A stretch of 64,000 nucleotides of DNA from Candidatus Elarobacter sp. (GTDB lineage Bacteria; Vulcanimicrobiota; Vulcanimicrobiia; Vulcanimicrobiales; Vulcanimicrobiaceae): assembly GCA_036403315.1 (NCBI GenBank), contig DASWRD010000093.1, positions 1,514 to 65,513 of the forward strand, in the 5' to 3' direction. Position numbers and translations under genes: made by a program. Position 1 is the stretch's first letter; the number at the start of each line of letters is the position of its first letter. The notes beneath the pieces were generated by a model. It did not search any database. It was not told the origin of the DNA and saw nothing but the letters and a program-made list of their open reading frames with translations. Below are positions 10,053 through 19,236 of the stretch, one piece after another.

Positions 10053-10667
10053 ATGGCCGAGCGGGCCACGACCGACAAGCAGCAGCGGATCCTCGACGTG
10101 ATCCGGCAATTTACGTCCGACCGCGGGTTCCCGCCGTCGGTGCGGGAGATCGGCGAGCGCGTCGGGCTCTCGTCGTCGTCCACGGTGCAGTCGCACCTCA
10201 AGACGCTCGAACGGCGCGGTCTGCTCAAGCGCGATCCGACCAAACCGCGTGCGTTGGTGGCGACGCGCGGCGACGACGAGTCGCAAACGATCGCATCGAT
10301 CACGCTGCCCGTGGTTGGGCGCGTGGCGGCCGGCGTGCCGATCACCGCGACGGAGAATCTCGAGGACCAGTTCGTTCTGCCGGCGTCGTGGGCGCCGCGA
10401 ACCGGCGGCTTCGTGCTGCGCGTGAAGGGCGACTCGATGATCGACGCGGCGATCCTCGACGGCGACCTCATCGTCGTCGAGCAGCGCCCCACCGCGAACA
10501 ACGGTGAGATCGTGGTGGCGATGATCGACGGTGAGGCGACCGTCAAGCGCTTCTACCGCGAGCACGGCCGCGTCCGGCTTCAGCCGGAGAACGCCAGTAT
10601 GGCGCCAATCTACGCCGACGATGTCACGATCGTCGGGCGCGTCGAGGCCGTCATCCGCAAGCTCTAG
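10053..10667 (+). CDS. lexA: SOS repressor LexA
   Basis: PPSVREIG wHTH, VAAG.P cleavage site, GDSM Ser, TVKR Lys; AGGAGG RBS. Confidence 0.97.
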   Translation: MAERATTDKQQRILDVIRQFTSDRGFPPSVREIGERVGLSSSSTVQSHLKTLERRGLLKRDPTKPRALVATRGDDESQTIASITLPVVGRVAAGVPITATENLEDQFVLPASWAPRTGGFVLRVKGDSMIDAAILDGDLIVVEQRPTANNGEIVVAMIDGEATVKRFYREHGRVRLQPENASMAPIYADDVTIVGRVEAVIRKL

Positions 10668-10707
10668 CGACCGCGTTCACGGGATCGAGCCTCCGGCCGG
10701 CGACGGG

Positions 10708-11913
10708 TTGATCGCGCGCTTCGAGCGCGCGATCGCACCCTACGCGCAGCGGTTCGCGGAGGCGCCGCCCACGCAGGCGTTGCGGGTGACGCTGCCGCTC
10801 GCGTTCGGCGTCGTCGTGCTGTACCTCGCGGCGCTGCTGATCCACGAGCCGTTTCGCGGCTGGGCGCACGTCGCCGAGCTGATCCGGCAGTTCATGCCCG
10901 ACGCGTTCGCGCTGGCGTCGGTCGTGATGGTGCTCGCGCTGTCGTACACGCTCGCGAACCGGCTGCGCTATCCGCCGGTGCCGGTGATGGCGACGGCGTT
11001 CGTCGCGTTCGCGCTCGCGCTGCCGCGCGGCGCGGTCGACGCGGTGCTGACGTTCGCGCGCACGCGCGGGGCGAGCGGGCTGGGCGCGTTCGCGACGACG
11101 CTCGGCGCGAGCGGCTTGTTCACCGCGATCGTCGTGTGCCTTGCGACGGCGGGCGCGATCGCGCTCGCGCGCCGGGGTTACGGCGCCGCGGCGGGGACCG
11201 CGGCGGGTGCGCTCGGCGTCTTGCTGGTGTCGGGCGGGCTCTTCATGCTGGGGCTCTCGCTCGCCGGGATGCTGTCGGCCGTGCTCGCGCCGCTGGGGAC
11301 GCTGGGCGACAGCTTTGTCGCGCTCGTGCTGATCACGGCGATCGAAGCCGGGCTGTGGGTGGTCGGCATCCACGGCCCCGCGCTGCTCGCCGCGATCGTG
11401 CTGCCGGCGTATTATCAGCTGCAATTTCAGAACACCGAAGCGCACCTGCACCACGCGCCGATCCCGCACATCGTCGTGGTGTCGACGTTCATGTTCGTTT
11501 TCCCGGGCGGCTCCGGGGCGACGCTCCCGCTCGTCGTGCTGCTGCTGCGCAGCCGGCTGTCGCGATTGCGCAAGCTCGCGTACGCGTCGGTGGTACCGGC
11601 GATCTTCAGCATCAACGAGCCCGTGATCTTCGGGCTTCCGATCGCGTACAACCCCGTGCTCGCCGTGCCGTTCGTCGCCGCGCCCGTCGCGCTCGCGTGC
11701 ACGACGTACGCCGCGATGGCGCTGGGCTGGGTCGGGCGGCCGCTGCTGTTCATCCCGGCGACGTTCCCGGCGTTCATGAATGCGTTCCTCACGACGCTGG
11801 ACTGGCGCGCGTGCGTGCTCGTCGCGGTCAACCTCGTCGTGGCCGGCGCGATCTGGCTGCCGTTCCTGCGCGTCTACGAGCGTGCCGAGCTCGCGCGCAT
11901 CGCGCGCGCGTAA
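10708..11913 (+). CDS. PTS sugar transporter EIIC (lactose/cellobiose family)
   Basis: LW..GIHG, GGSGATL, P.IF.INEP.IFGLPI..NP motifs; start (TTG) uncertain. Confidence 0.85.
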   Translation: MIARFERAIAPYAQRFAEAPPTQALRVTLPLAFGVVVLYLAALLIHEPFRGWAHVAELIRQFMPDAFALASVVMVLALSYTLANRLRYPPVPVMATAFVAFALALPRGAVDAVLTFARTRGASGLGAFATTLGASGLFTAIVVCLATAGAIALARRGYGAAAGTAAGALGVLLVSGGLFMLGLSLAGMLSAVLAPLGTLGDSFVALVLITAIEAGLWVVGIHGPALLAAIVLPAYYQLQFQNTEAHLHHAPIPHIVVVSTFMFVFPGGSGATLPLVVLLLRSRLSRLRKLAYASVVPAIFSINEPVIFGLPIAYNPVLAVPFVAAPVALACTTYAAMALGWVGRPLLFIPATFPAFMNAFLTTLDWRACVLVAVNLVVAGAIWLPFLRVYERAELARIARA

Positions 11914-11925
11914 CGCGGTGCCGCC

Positions 11926-13173
11926 ATGATCGCGACGCTGCTCGGCGATATCGACGTCGATCCGCGCGCGCGTGGCGCCGCGGAGCGGGCCGCGCCGTGG
12001 CTGGAGCGGCGCGATCCGCGCACCACCGCGGTGCGCGCGCGCGTGCTGCGCGCGTTTCTCGACGAAGGGATCGCGGAGAGCGATCTCGCCGGGACGACGG
12101 GCTACGGCTACGACGATCCCGCGCGGGAGCGCTACGAGTCGCTGCTCGGGCGCGTGCTGCGCGCGGAGCGCGTGCTGGCGCGGCTCTCGATCGTCAGCGG
12201 GACGCACGCGATCGTCGCCGGACTCGACGCGCTGCTCGCGCCCGGTGCCACGCTGCTCGCCGCCAACGGCGCACCGTACGACACGCTGCGGCACGCGATC
12301 GTCACCGCGCCGTACGCGCTGGCGTCGCGCGGCGTGCGCTATGCCGAAGTGCCGCGCACGGCCGGCGGCGACACCGATCTCGACGCGTTGCGCGCCGCCG
12401 TGCGCAGCGAGCGCCCCGCGGTCGTGTTCGTGCAGCGCTCGCGCGGCTACGCCGTGCGGCGCTCGCTGTCCATCGATGCGATCGCGGCGCTCGCCGCGGT
12501 GGTGCGCGAGGCGCATCGCGACGCGCTCGTGTTCGTCGACAACTGCTACGGCGAGCTGGTCGAAGCGCGCGAGCCGCTCGAGGCCGGCGCCGACGTGATC
12601 GCGGGCTCGCTGATCAAGAACCTCGGCGGCGGCCTCGCGCCCACGGGCGGTTATGTCGCGGGCCGCGCGGATCTGGTGGAACGGATCGCCGCGCGCGTGT
12701 TCGCGCCGGGGATCGGCGCCGGGCTCGGCCCGACGCTGGGCTTCGGGCGCGCGCTCGTGCAGGGATTGTTCTACGCGCCGCTCGTCGTCGCCGAAGCGCT
12801 GCGCGGGCTCGACTTCGCGGCGGCGCTGTTCGCCGAGCTCGGGTTCGCCGTCGATCCCGCGCCGGGCGACGTGCGGACCGACATCGTGCAGTCGATTCGG
12901 CTCGGGTCGCGCGAGCGCTTGATCGCGTTCGCGCGCGGGCTGCAGCGCGCGATGCCCGTCAACGCGCGGTTCGCGCCGGAGCCTGGGCCGGTGCCGGGCT
13001 ACGTGGATCCCGTCATCATGTCGAGCGGCTCGTTCGTGAGCGGCGCAACGATCGAGCTGTCGTGCGACGCGCCGCTGCGCGCGCCGTACGAGGTGTACCT
13101 GCAAGGCGGCGTCACCGCCGAGCACGCCGCGCTGGGCGCCGTGCTGGCGGCGAACGCCGTCCTGCGGCTCTAG
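11926..13173 (+). CDS. YnbB-like PLP enzyme (aluminium-resistance / Met gamma-lyase family)
   Basis: TTGYGYDD, SGTHAI, QRSRGY, VDNCYGE, GSLIKNLGGG, IELSCDAP.R.PY..YLQGG. Confidence 0.9.
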   Translation: MIATLLGDIDVDPRARGAAERAAPWLERRDPRTTAVRARVLRAFLDEGIAESDLAGTTGYGYDDPARERYESLLGRVLRAERVLARLSIVSGTHAIVAGLDALLAPGATLLAANGAPYDTLRHAIVTAPYALASRGVRYAEVPRTAGGDTDLDALRAAVRSERPAVVFVQRSRGYAVRRSLSIDAIAALAAVVREAHRDALVFVDNCYGELVEAREPLEAGADVIAGSLIKNLGGGLAPTGGYVAGRADLVERIAARVFAPGIGAGLGPTLGFGRALVQGLFYAPLVVAEALRGLDFAAALFAELGFAVDPAPGDVRTDIVQSIRLGSRERLIAFARGLQRAMPVNARFAPEPGPVPGYVDPVIMSSGSFVSGATIELSCDAPLRAPYEVYLQGGVTAEHAALGAVLAANAVLRL

Positions 13174-13197
13174 CCGCGGCCGGCTAGGCGCTCCGTT

Positions 13198-13359
13198 CTA
13201 TGCGAACGGCGGCGGACACGTGCAACACGGCCGCGAGCAGCGGACCGTGCCGGTGCAGAGCTCGGTGTAGCCGCTGCTGCCGAACTGCGGCGTGCGGTCG
13301 GAATCACGCGCGGGTTCTTCGCGCAGGTCGAGGTCGTCGAAACGAGATTCGGTAGGCAT
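13198..13359 (-). CDS. class I lanthipeptide precursor LanA2 (53 aa)
   Basis: Read by hand: MPTESRFDDLDLREEPARDSDRTPQFGSSGYTELCTGTVRCSRPCCTCPPPFA*; GGAG RBS; FxLD-like leader, Cys/Ser/Thr-rich core. Confidence 0.9.
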   Translation of the reverse strand: MPTESRFDDLDLREEPARDSDRTPQFGSSGYTELCTGTVRCSRPCCTCPPPFA

Positions 13360-13365
13360 GGTGGT

Positions 13366-13527
13366 TTACTCCATTCCGGGGTTGCAGGTGCAGCAGAGCC
13401 GCGTACACCGCGCGGTCGCGGTGCAGAGCTCGGTGTAGCCGCTGCTGCCGAACAGCGGCGTGCGGCCGGTATCGCGCGCGGGTTCTTCGCGCAGGTCGAG
13501 GTCGTCGAAACGGGATTCGGTCGGCAT
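13366..13527 (-). CDS. class I lanthipeptide precursor LanA1 (53 aa)
   Basis: Read by hand: MPTESRFDDLDLREEPARDTGRTPLFGSSGYTELCTATARCTRLCCTCNPGME*; AAAGGGG RBS; directly downstream of lanC. Confidence 0.9.
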   Translation of the reverse strand: MPTESRFDDLDLREEPARDTGRTPLFGSSGYTELCTATARCTRLCCTCNPGME

Positions 13528-13555
13528 GAAACGCCCCTTTCACGAGCGGGTGGAT

Positions 13556-14755
13556 TCAGTCGGGCAGCAGCCCGAACAGCGGTAGCCAGCGCCGCTCTTG
13601 CGCGGTCGCGGCGTCGACGAGAAACTGCGCGACGCCGAGCGCCGCGTCGAGAAAGCTGAACCGGTCTTCGTCGCGCGCAGCGGGCAGGTCGTAGCTGCGG
13701 TAGCCGAGCGGCGCGCTTTCGTCGAACCGGTCCAGGACGTCGCGCGCGAGCGATTCGGCGTGCCGCGCGCAGCGCGCGTCGTCCGCGAAGCGCCACGCGA
13801 GCGTCGCGACGCCGGCGCGGCCGTGGCACAGCGCGTCGTCCCAGCGGCCGAGCTCGGGCTCGGGATCGTCGAGCACGCCGGCGAGCGCGTCCGCCGCGAG
13901 CGCGCGCAGCGCACCGTCGCCGTCGAGCCGCGCGCGGTCGTCGAGCACGGCGGCGACGCCGGCGGTCTGATAGCACCACGCACGCCGCGCCGACGGCCGT
14001 TCCGCGGCGCGCCATACCGAGCCCCAACGATGCGCGCGTGCGACGACGTGCGACCGCTCCAGCAGCAGCGTGACGTAGCGCCGCCCGAGTTCGCGCTCGC
14101 CGGGGAGCGCGGCGTTGAGCGCGGCAAGCATCCCCGGCACGCCATGCGCGACGCCGAGGTTCACCGCGGATACGTTCTCGTCGTCCGACGCGAGCCGCGC
14201 GTCGACCGTGTCCGCGAACTCCTGGGCGAACGCGCGCAGCGCGGCGCGCGCTTCGCCGGACGCGTCGCCGCCGAGCGCGATCGCGCGGCCGGCGACGCCG
14301 CCGACGAGATCGAACGAAGCCATCGCCGCGGGCTCGCCGCGCGGCGCACCGATCAGCGACGCGTCGAGCGCGTCGCGCAGGCGCGCGCGCACGTCCGGCA
14401 GCGACGCGCGCTGCGGATCGAGCGCGTCGAGCACGACGAGCAGCCCGGCGGCGCCGTCGTAGAGGCCCAGCCGGTCCGGTGCGAACACGAGCGCTTCGCG
14501 CAGCATCGCGCGCACCGCCGCGTCGTCGCCGCGGCCGGCGCGCGCGAGCGCCTCCGCGACGAGCGCCGCGCCGCCGTAGCGGCCGATCGACTCCGGTGCG
14601 CAGCGGTCCGCGGCGAGCAGCGGCAGGGTCGCGGCGAAGATGCGTTGCGCGACGTCGAGCGCGCGCGTCGCGCCGGCGTCGTCGAGCAGCGGCCGCCGCA
14701 GCGGCGGCGCGGCTATCCCGCTCGCCGGCTGCGGCGCGCGAACAGCGCTTTCCAT
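13556..14755 (-). CDS. lanC: lanthionine cyclase LanC
   Basis: GLYDGAAG, D...G.AG, GVAHGVPG, WCYQ, LCHG, FLD...G; start overlaps lanB end. Confidence 0.9.
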   Translation of the reverse strand: MESAVRAPQPASGIAAPPLRRPLLDDAGATRALDVAQRIFAATLPLLAADRCAPESIGRYGGAALVAEALARAGRGDDAAVRAMLREALVFAPDRLGLYDGAAGLLVVLDALDPQRASLPDVRARLRDALDASLIGAPRGEPAAMASFDLVGGVAGRAIALGGDASGEARAALRAFAQEFADTVDARLASDDENVSAVNLGVAHGVPGMLAALNAALPGERELGRRYVTLLLERSHVVARAHRWGSVWRAAERPSARRAWCYQTAGVAAVLDDRARLDGDGALRALAADALAGVLDDPEPELGRWDDALCHGRAGVATLAWRFADDARCARHAESLARDVLDRFDESAPLGYRSYDLPAARDEDRFSFLDAALGVAQFLVDAATAQERRWLPLFGLLPD

Positions 14756-17706
14756 AGCAATCTCCGGAGGGCGACCTCTTCGTCGCGGTCGATGCCGCGG
14801 CGGTTGAGGTGCATGTGCAGCAGGCTGTCGACGACGTCGAGGAACGGCGCGCCGCCGCCGCAGCACGCCGCGAGCTCGCGCGCGAGCGCGACGTGCTCGC
14901 CGTCGGGAACGGCGGGAGCGTTCGCGAGCAGCCGGAGCACGGCGGACTCGTCGCGTGACGCAGCGTGCGCGGCGGGGCGGCGCGTGTCGACCCAGCGCTC
15001 GCGCTCGTCCGGCGTCGTCAGCGCGTCGAACGCATGCACGAGCGGGATCGCGAGCGCTTCGAGGCGTTCGCGCCCGACGAGAATCTCCGCGGCGGGGCCG
15101 CGCAGCGCGTCGACGCTGTCGTGGTGGAACAGCCGCTCGCAGAGCTCCATGCCGGCCTCGCCGCCGTATCGTTCGAGCTCGCGTTCGTACGTTGCAAGGC
15201 TGTAGCGCGTGACGACGCCGGCGTGCACGAGCTCCTCGGCGAACGCGAGCGCGCGCTCGCGCAGCGCGGCGCCGCCGGCGCCGCCGGAGCGCAGTCGCAA
15301 GCGCACGTGCCGATCGGGGTCGGCGTAGAGCACGTAGAACCAGCCGCTCGCGAGCCCGGCCGACGTGGCGTCTTCCGCGAAACGCAGCAGCGGCGGCGCG
15401 ATCTCGGAGCGGAACTCGCGGTCGTTCGCGTAGAGCTTGAGGTAGCACCATTCCGAGCCGGGCGTCCGCGTGCGTGCGCCCTCGCCGGCGAAGACGGCGT
15501 CGCGCGCGGACGCTTTCGTCTCGCCCGTGCTGCGCAGCGACGCGATGAACTCACCCGCGTAGCGCGCGCCGCGCCCGTCGCGCAGCCACAGGTCGTCGTC
15601 GTCGAGAAAAGCCTCCGCGAGCGCGACGGTGTCGTCGGGCGTGCGCGCGCGCGTCTGATCGCGCAGCAGCGCGGCGCCCGCGTCGCCGCGCGTATCGAGC
15701 GCGAGCACGTTATCGCCGTCGCCGAACAGCACGTACTGCGGGATGCAGCGCTCCCGCGCGAGCGCCGCCAAGCCGCGTTCGCGCAGCTCCGCCACCGACA
15801 ACGTCCACGTCGCTCGGCGCAGCACCACGCGGCCCCAGCGGATGCGCGGAACGCTCGGGAGCGCGGCGAGGTCGCCGATGTCGAGCGGCACCGGGACGCG
15901 CACGTCGTCCCGGGCGACGAAGGCGAAAAACCGTGCGAGCGGCGGTGCGAGCAGCGCGTTGAACGCGTGCGGCCACACGACGTGCACGCGGCGCCGGCGG
16001 GAGCGCGACCAGAGCACGACGCGGTCGTCGGCGATCCCGACCAGCAAATCATCCAGCGCGAGCGCGCCGGCGCCGCCGGCGTGCACGTTGATCGGGATCG
16101 TCGCGTCGGCCACGACGGGATGCGCGATGACGTTGCCGCTGCGCGCGCGCTCCGGCACGAACACCGGCTCCGCCGCGAGCGCGTCCGGCGGCGCCTCCGC
16201 GGCGACGACGTGCCGCAGACGCTCGTAAAACGCGGCGCTCTGGTACTTCGCGAAGCGTCCCGTCGTCTTGCCCGCGCCGTACGACGCCGTCATCGGCGAC
16301 GACACGATGCGGTACTCACCCGCGGCGACGGCCTCGAACGACGGCGCCAGCACGCAGAACCCGACTTCGAGCGACGGCGGCGGGGCAACGGGACGCTCGG
16401 GACGGATCGCCGCCCAATCCGCGCCGGACAGGGCGATCTCGCGTGATCCCGCGGCGACGGCGGCGCCGATCAGTGCGGCGAGCCGGAACTTGCGGGCGGG
16501 AGCCGGTGCGTTCGGCGGCGTCGTGGGGTCGAACTCGGTCTTGAGCGGGATCCCGATCCCGTGCGGCCCGACCAGCTCTAGCAGCGGCACGAGCCGCTCA
16601 CCTGATTCGTAGCGCTCGTAGAAGCGCTTGCGGAAGGCGTCTAGGTGCTCGCGGGTCCCGCAGCGCACGAGCACGTCGGCCAGCCGCACGATGTCGTCGC
16701 GCACGTTCGGCGGCAGCGCGAGCGGCGCGTGCGTGAGATCGAAGAACACGGGCTGCGCGACGTCCCCGGGGCCGGCCGAGCGCAGCCGCTGCACGGCGGC
16801 GTCGAGCGCCGCGACGTCCGGGAGGCCGGGCTGCGCGCCGGACGGCGTGCCGGTCGCCGCATCGAGCGCGTCCACGAGCGGCGCGAGCGACGGCTGCGTG
16901 CGCGCGAACGATGCGAGCCGGTCGCGCGCGTCGTCGAGCGGCGCGGGCCGGGCGGCGGGGATCAGGAAGCGTGCGCCGACGAGCTTGCGCACCAGCGAGC
17001 GCGCGCGCTCGCCATCGACGGCGAACGTCTCCGCAAGCGAACGCGCGAGCGCGGCTGCGGAACACCCGGTGCGCGCGAGCTCGAGCGCCTGCGCCACAGG
17101 CGGCGTCGCGGCGATCGTGATGCTGCGGTATTGCGTGCCCTCGCCGGTTGCGATGACCTTGCGCTCGTCGAGCAGCGCGAAGCGCGGTCCCTCCCGCCGC
17201 AATGCCGTTGCGGTCGCGACGACGAGGTCCTCGCCGCCGCCGAGCGCGCGTTCGGCGAGCGCGTCGACCGCGCCGACCAGCCATTCGTGATCGACGTTCG
17301 GCCGTGCGATCCGCGCGCGCACGTCGTCGACGCAGCGTTCGCGCGCGCCGAACGCGACCGCGCCGACCGAGGCGAACAGCCCGAACGGTGTCGTGCGCGC
17401 CGCCATGCGCACGGCATAGGCGAGCAACCGCACTTCGGCGCGCTCGCCGAGGGGCTCGCCGCGCAGCGCGCGCTCGACGACCGGACGGAGGCCGGCGCTC
17501 GCGACGACGATCGCCGTGCGAAAAACCTCGTCGTCGCGCAGCAGCGCCGCGATCCGCTCGCGCCAGTCCGGTGCACCGAGCAGCTCGTATGCGCGCAGCG
17601 CCGGCCACGCCGTCACGCGGCAAAGCGTGAGCTCGTCGACGACGGCGAGCGGGATGGCCTCCGCTGCCGCGCCGTTACGCGCCGCGCGCTTCTCAGGCGC
17701 GATCAC
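14713..17706 (-). CDS. lanB: full-length lanthipeptide dehydratase LanB (glutamylation + elimination domains)
   Basis: YAVRMAARTTPFGLFA, GRF, PRI.WGRVVL..ATW, DN.L.LD, WCYLKLY, YADPD.HVRLR, YERELERYGG, LLHMHLNR. Confidence 0.93.
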   Translation of the reverse strand: MIAPEKRAARNGAAAEAIPLAVVDELTLCRVTAWPALRAYELLGAPDWRERIAALLRDDEVFRTAIVVASAGLRPVVERALRGEPLGERAEVRLLAYAVRMAARTTPFGLFASVGAVAFGARERCVDDVRARIARPNVDHEWLVGAVDALAERALGGGEDLVVATATALRREGPRFALLDERKVIATGEGTQYRSITIAATPPVAQALELARTGCSAAALARSLAETFAVDGERARSLVRKLVGARFLIPAARPAPLDDARDRLASFARTQPSLAPLVDALDAATGTPSGAQPGLPDVAALDAAVQRLRSAGPGDVAQPVFFDLTHAPLALPPNVRDDIVRLADVLVRCGTREHLDAFRKRFYERYESGERLVPLLELVGPHGIGIPLKTEFDPTTPPNAPAPARKFRLAALIGAAVAAGSREIALSGADWAAIRPERPVAPPPSLEVGFCVLAPSFEAVAAGEYRIVSSPMTASYGAGKTTGRFAKYQSAAFYERLRHVVAAEAPPDALAAEPVFVPERARSGNVIAHPVVADATIPINVHAGGAGALALDDLLVGIADDRVVLWSRSRRRRVHVVWPHAFNALLAPPLARFFAFVARDDVRVPVPLDIGDLAALPSVPRIRWGRVVLRRATWTLSVAELRERGLAALARERCIPQYVLFGDGDNVLALDTRGDAGAALLRDQTRARTPDDTVALAEAFLDDDDLWLRDGRGARYAGEFIASLRSTGETKASARDAVFAGEGARTRTPGSEWCYLKLYANDREFRSEIAPPLLRFAEDATSAGLASGWFYVLYADPDRHVRLRLRSGGAGGAALRERALAFAEELVHAGVVTRYSLATYERELERYGGEAGMELCERLFHHDSVDALRGPAAEILVGRERLEALAIPLVHAFDALTTPDERERWVDTRRPAAHAASRDESAVLRLLANAPAVPDGEHVALARELAACCGGGAPFLDVVDSLLHMHLNRRGIDRDEEVALRRLLWKALFARRSRRAG

Positions 17707-17807
17707 CCCATCGCCATGAGACCGTTCACCCCCGCAAGATCACGGCGAATCGCCGCGAGGCTGAGGCGCTTCGGGCCGGCCCGCACTCTCCCTTGCGCGC
17801 CGCGCCG

Positions 17808-18041
17808 TCAGGGCGAAATGTGATCCGTTTCGGCGTCGCCGGCTGCGTCTTCGCCCATGAAACCGTAGAAATAATAGACCGAACCGTCGTCGGTCTCGAT
17901 CGCGATGCGCGTCTCTTCGACCTGAGCGGAGACGACAGTTCGGCCGACCATGCCGCCCAGCAGCTCCTGCGCCTGCATGAACTCGGCGGCGCGAAGCGCT
18001 TCGGGCTCGACCTCCAGAAGGGGCTGCTCGTCTCGATTCAC
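17808..18041 (-). CDS. small acidic hypothetical protein
   Basis: 77-aa ORF with normal codon usage, divergent from the FHA gene. Confidence 0.55.
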   Translation of the reverse strand: MNRDEQPLLEVEPEALRAAEFMQAQELLGGMVGRTVVSAQVEETRIAIETDDGSVYYFYGFMGEDAAGDAETDHISP

Positions 18042-18101
18042 CAGTTACGCGCTTCCTGTGGAGAGGACCGGCCGTCCGGGCCGCGCGAAGGCGGTCCGGT
18101 G

Positions 18102-18398
18102 ATGTACGTCCTCGAGGTGATGAGCGGTCCGCTCGACGGCAAGACGTGGGCGTTCGAGCGGGAGATCACCGTCGGCCGTGACGACGCGGTCGCTACCGCC
18201 TGTATCACGATCGACCGGTATATCTCCCGAAAACACGCGCGGCTCTACGAAGAACAGGACGGTCGGTTGCGTTTGGCCGACCTGGCGAGCCGTAACGGCA
18301 CCCGGGTCGGAGGACGCGCGCTCGGCGATCCCGAGGCGATCGACCTCGGCGAACCGTTCGTCATCGGCCGCACGACCCTTCGCGTGGTCCGAAGCTAA
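18102..18398 (+). CDS. FHA domain protein
   Basis: VGR, ISRKHA, DLASRNGT FHA motifs. Confidence 0.88.
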   Translation: MYVLEVMSGPLDGKTWAFEREITVGRDDAVATACITIDRYISRKHARLYEEQDGRLRLADLASRNGTRVGGRALGDPEAIDLGEPFVIGRTTLRVVRS

Positions 18399-18399
18399 G

Positions 18400-19236
18400 G
18401 TGCGAATCACACGCACGCCGGCGGAAGCCCGCGAAGCGCTCGCGAGCGCCGCGCGCCCGCTGGGGCTCGTCCCGACCATGGGGGCGCTGCACGCGGGGCA
18501 CCGCGAGCTCGTCCGGCGCGCGCGCGCCGAATCGCGCACGGTCGCGGTGTCGGTCTTCGTCAACCCGCTGCAGTTCGGCCCCGGCGAGGACTTCGACCGC
18601 TACCCGCGCAGCTTCGACGACGACGTCGCGGAGCTGCGCGACGCGGGCGTCGACGTGCTGTATGCCCCGGACGTCGCGACGATGTACCCGCCGGGATTCG
18701 CCACGTCGATCGATCCGGGGCCGGTCGGCGCGCGCTACGAAGGGGACTTGCGGCCGGGGCACTTCAGCGGCGTCGCGACGGTGTGCATGAAGCTGTTCGC
18801 GACGACGTCGCCCGACCGCGCGTACTTCGGCGCGAAGGACGCCCAGCAGGTCGCCGTGCTGAGGCGCGTGCTGACCGATTTGAACTCGCCCCTGGAGCTG
18901 GTGGTCGTGCCGACGGTCCGCGAGCCCGACGGCCTGGCGCTGTCGAGCCGCAACGCCTATCTCGATGACGAGGAGCGCGCCGCCGCGCCGTCGCTGCACC
19001 GCGCGCTCGACGCGATCGTGCGCGCCGTGCGCTCCGGTGAGACGGACCGCGACCGTGTGCTCGCGAGGGGCCGCGAGCAGCTCGTCGCGCCGCTGCGCGA
19101 GGCCTATCTCGACATCGTCGATCCCGCGACGTTCGCCGCGGCCGGCGACGTGCGCGCGCCGGCGCTGGCGATCGCGAGCGGCTGGTGCGGTTCGACGCGG
19201 CTGATCGACAACGAGCCGATCGAGGTGAGCGGGTGA
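18400..19236 (+). CDS. panC: pantoate-beta-alanine ligase
   Basis: VPTMGALHAGH, FVNPLQF, RPGHFSGV, FGAKDAQQ, GLALSSRN, RLIDN. Confidence 0.96.
   Translation: MRITRTPAEAREALASAARPLGLVPTMGALHAGHRELVRRARAESRTVAVSVFVNPLQFGPGEDFDRYPRSFDDDVAELRDAGVDVLYAPDVATMYPPGFATSIDPGPVGARYEGDLRPGHFSGVATVCMKLFATTSPDRAYFGAKDAQQVAVLRRVLTDLNSPLELVVVPTVREPDGLALSSRNAYLDDEERAAAPSLHRALDAIVRAVRSGETDRDRVLARGREQLVAPLREAYLDIVDPATFAAAGDVRAPALAIASGWCGSTRLIDNEPIEVSG

Noticed and set aside
13198-13527. 168-nt-period direct repeat as a non-coding repeat
   Set aside because: Fully explained by two paralogous lanA ORFs with RBSs and synonymous differences.
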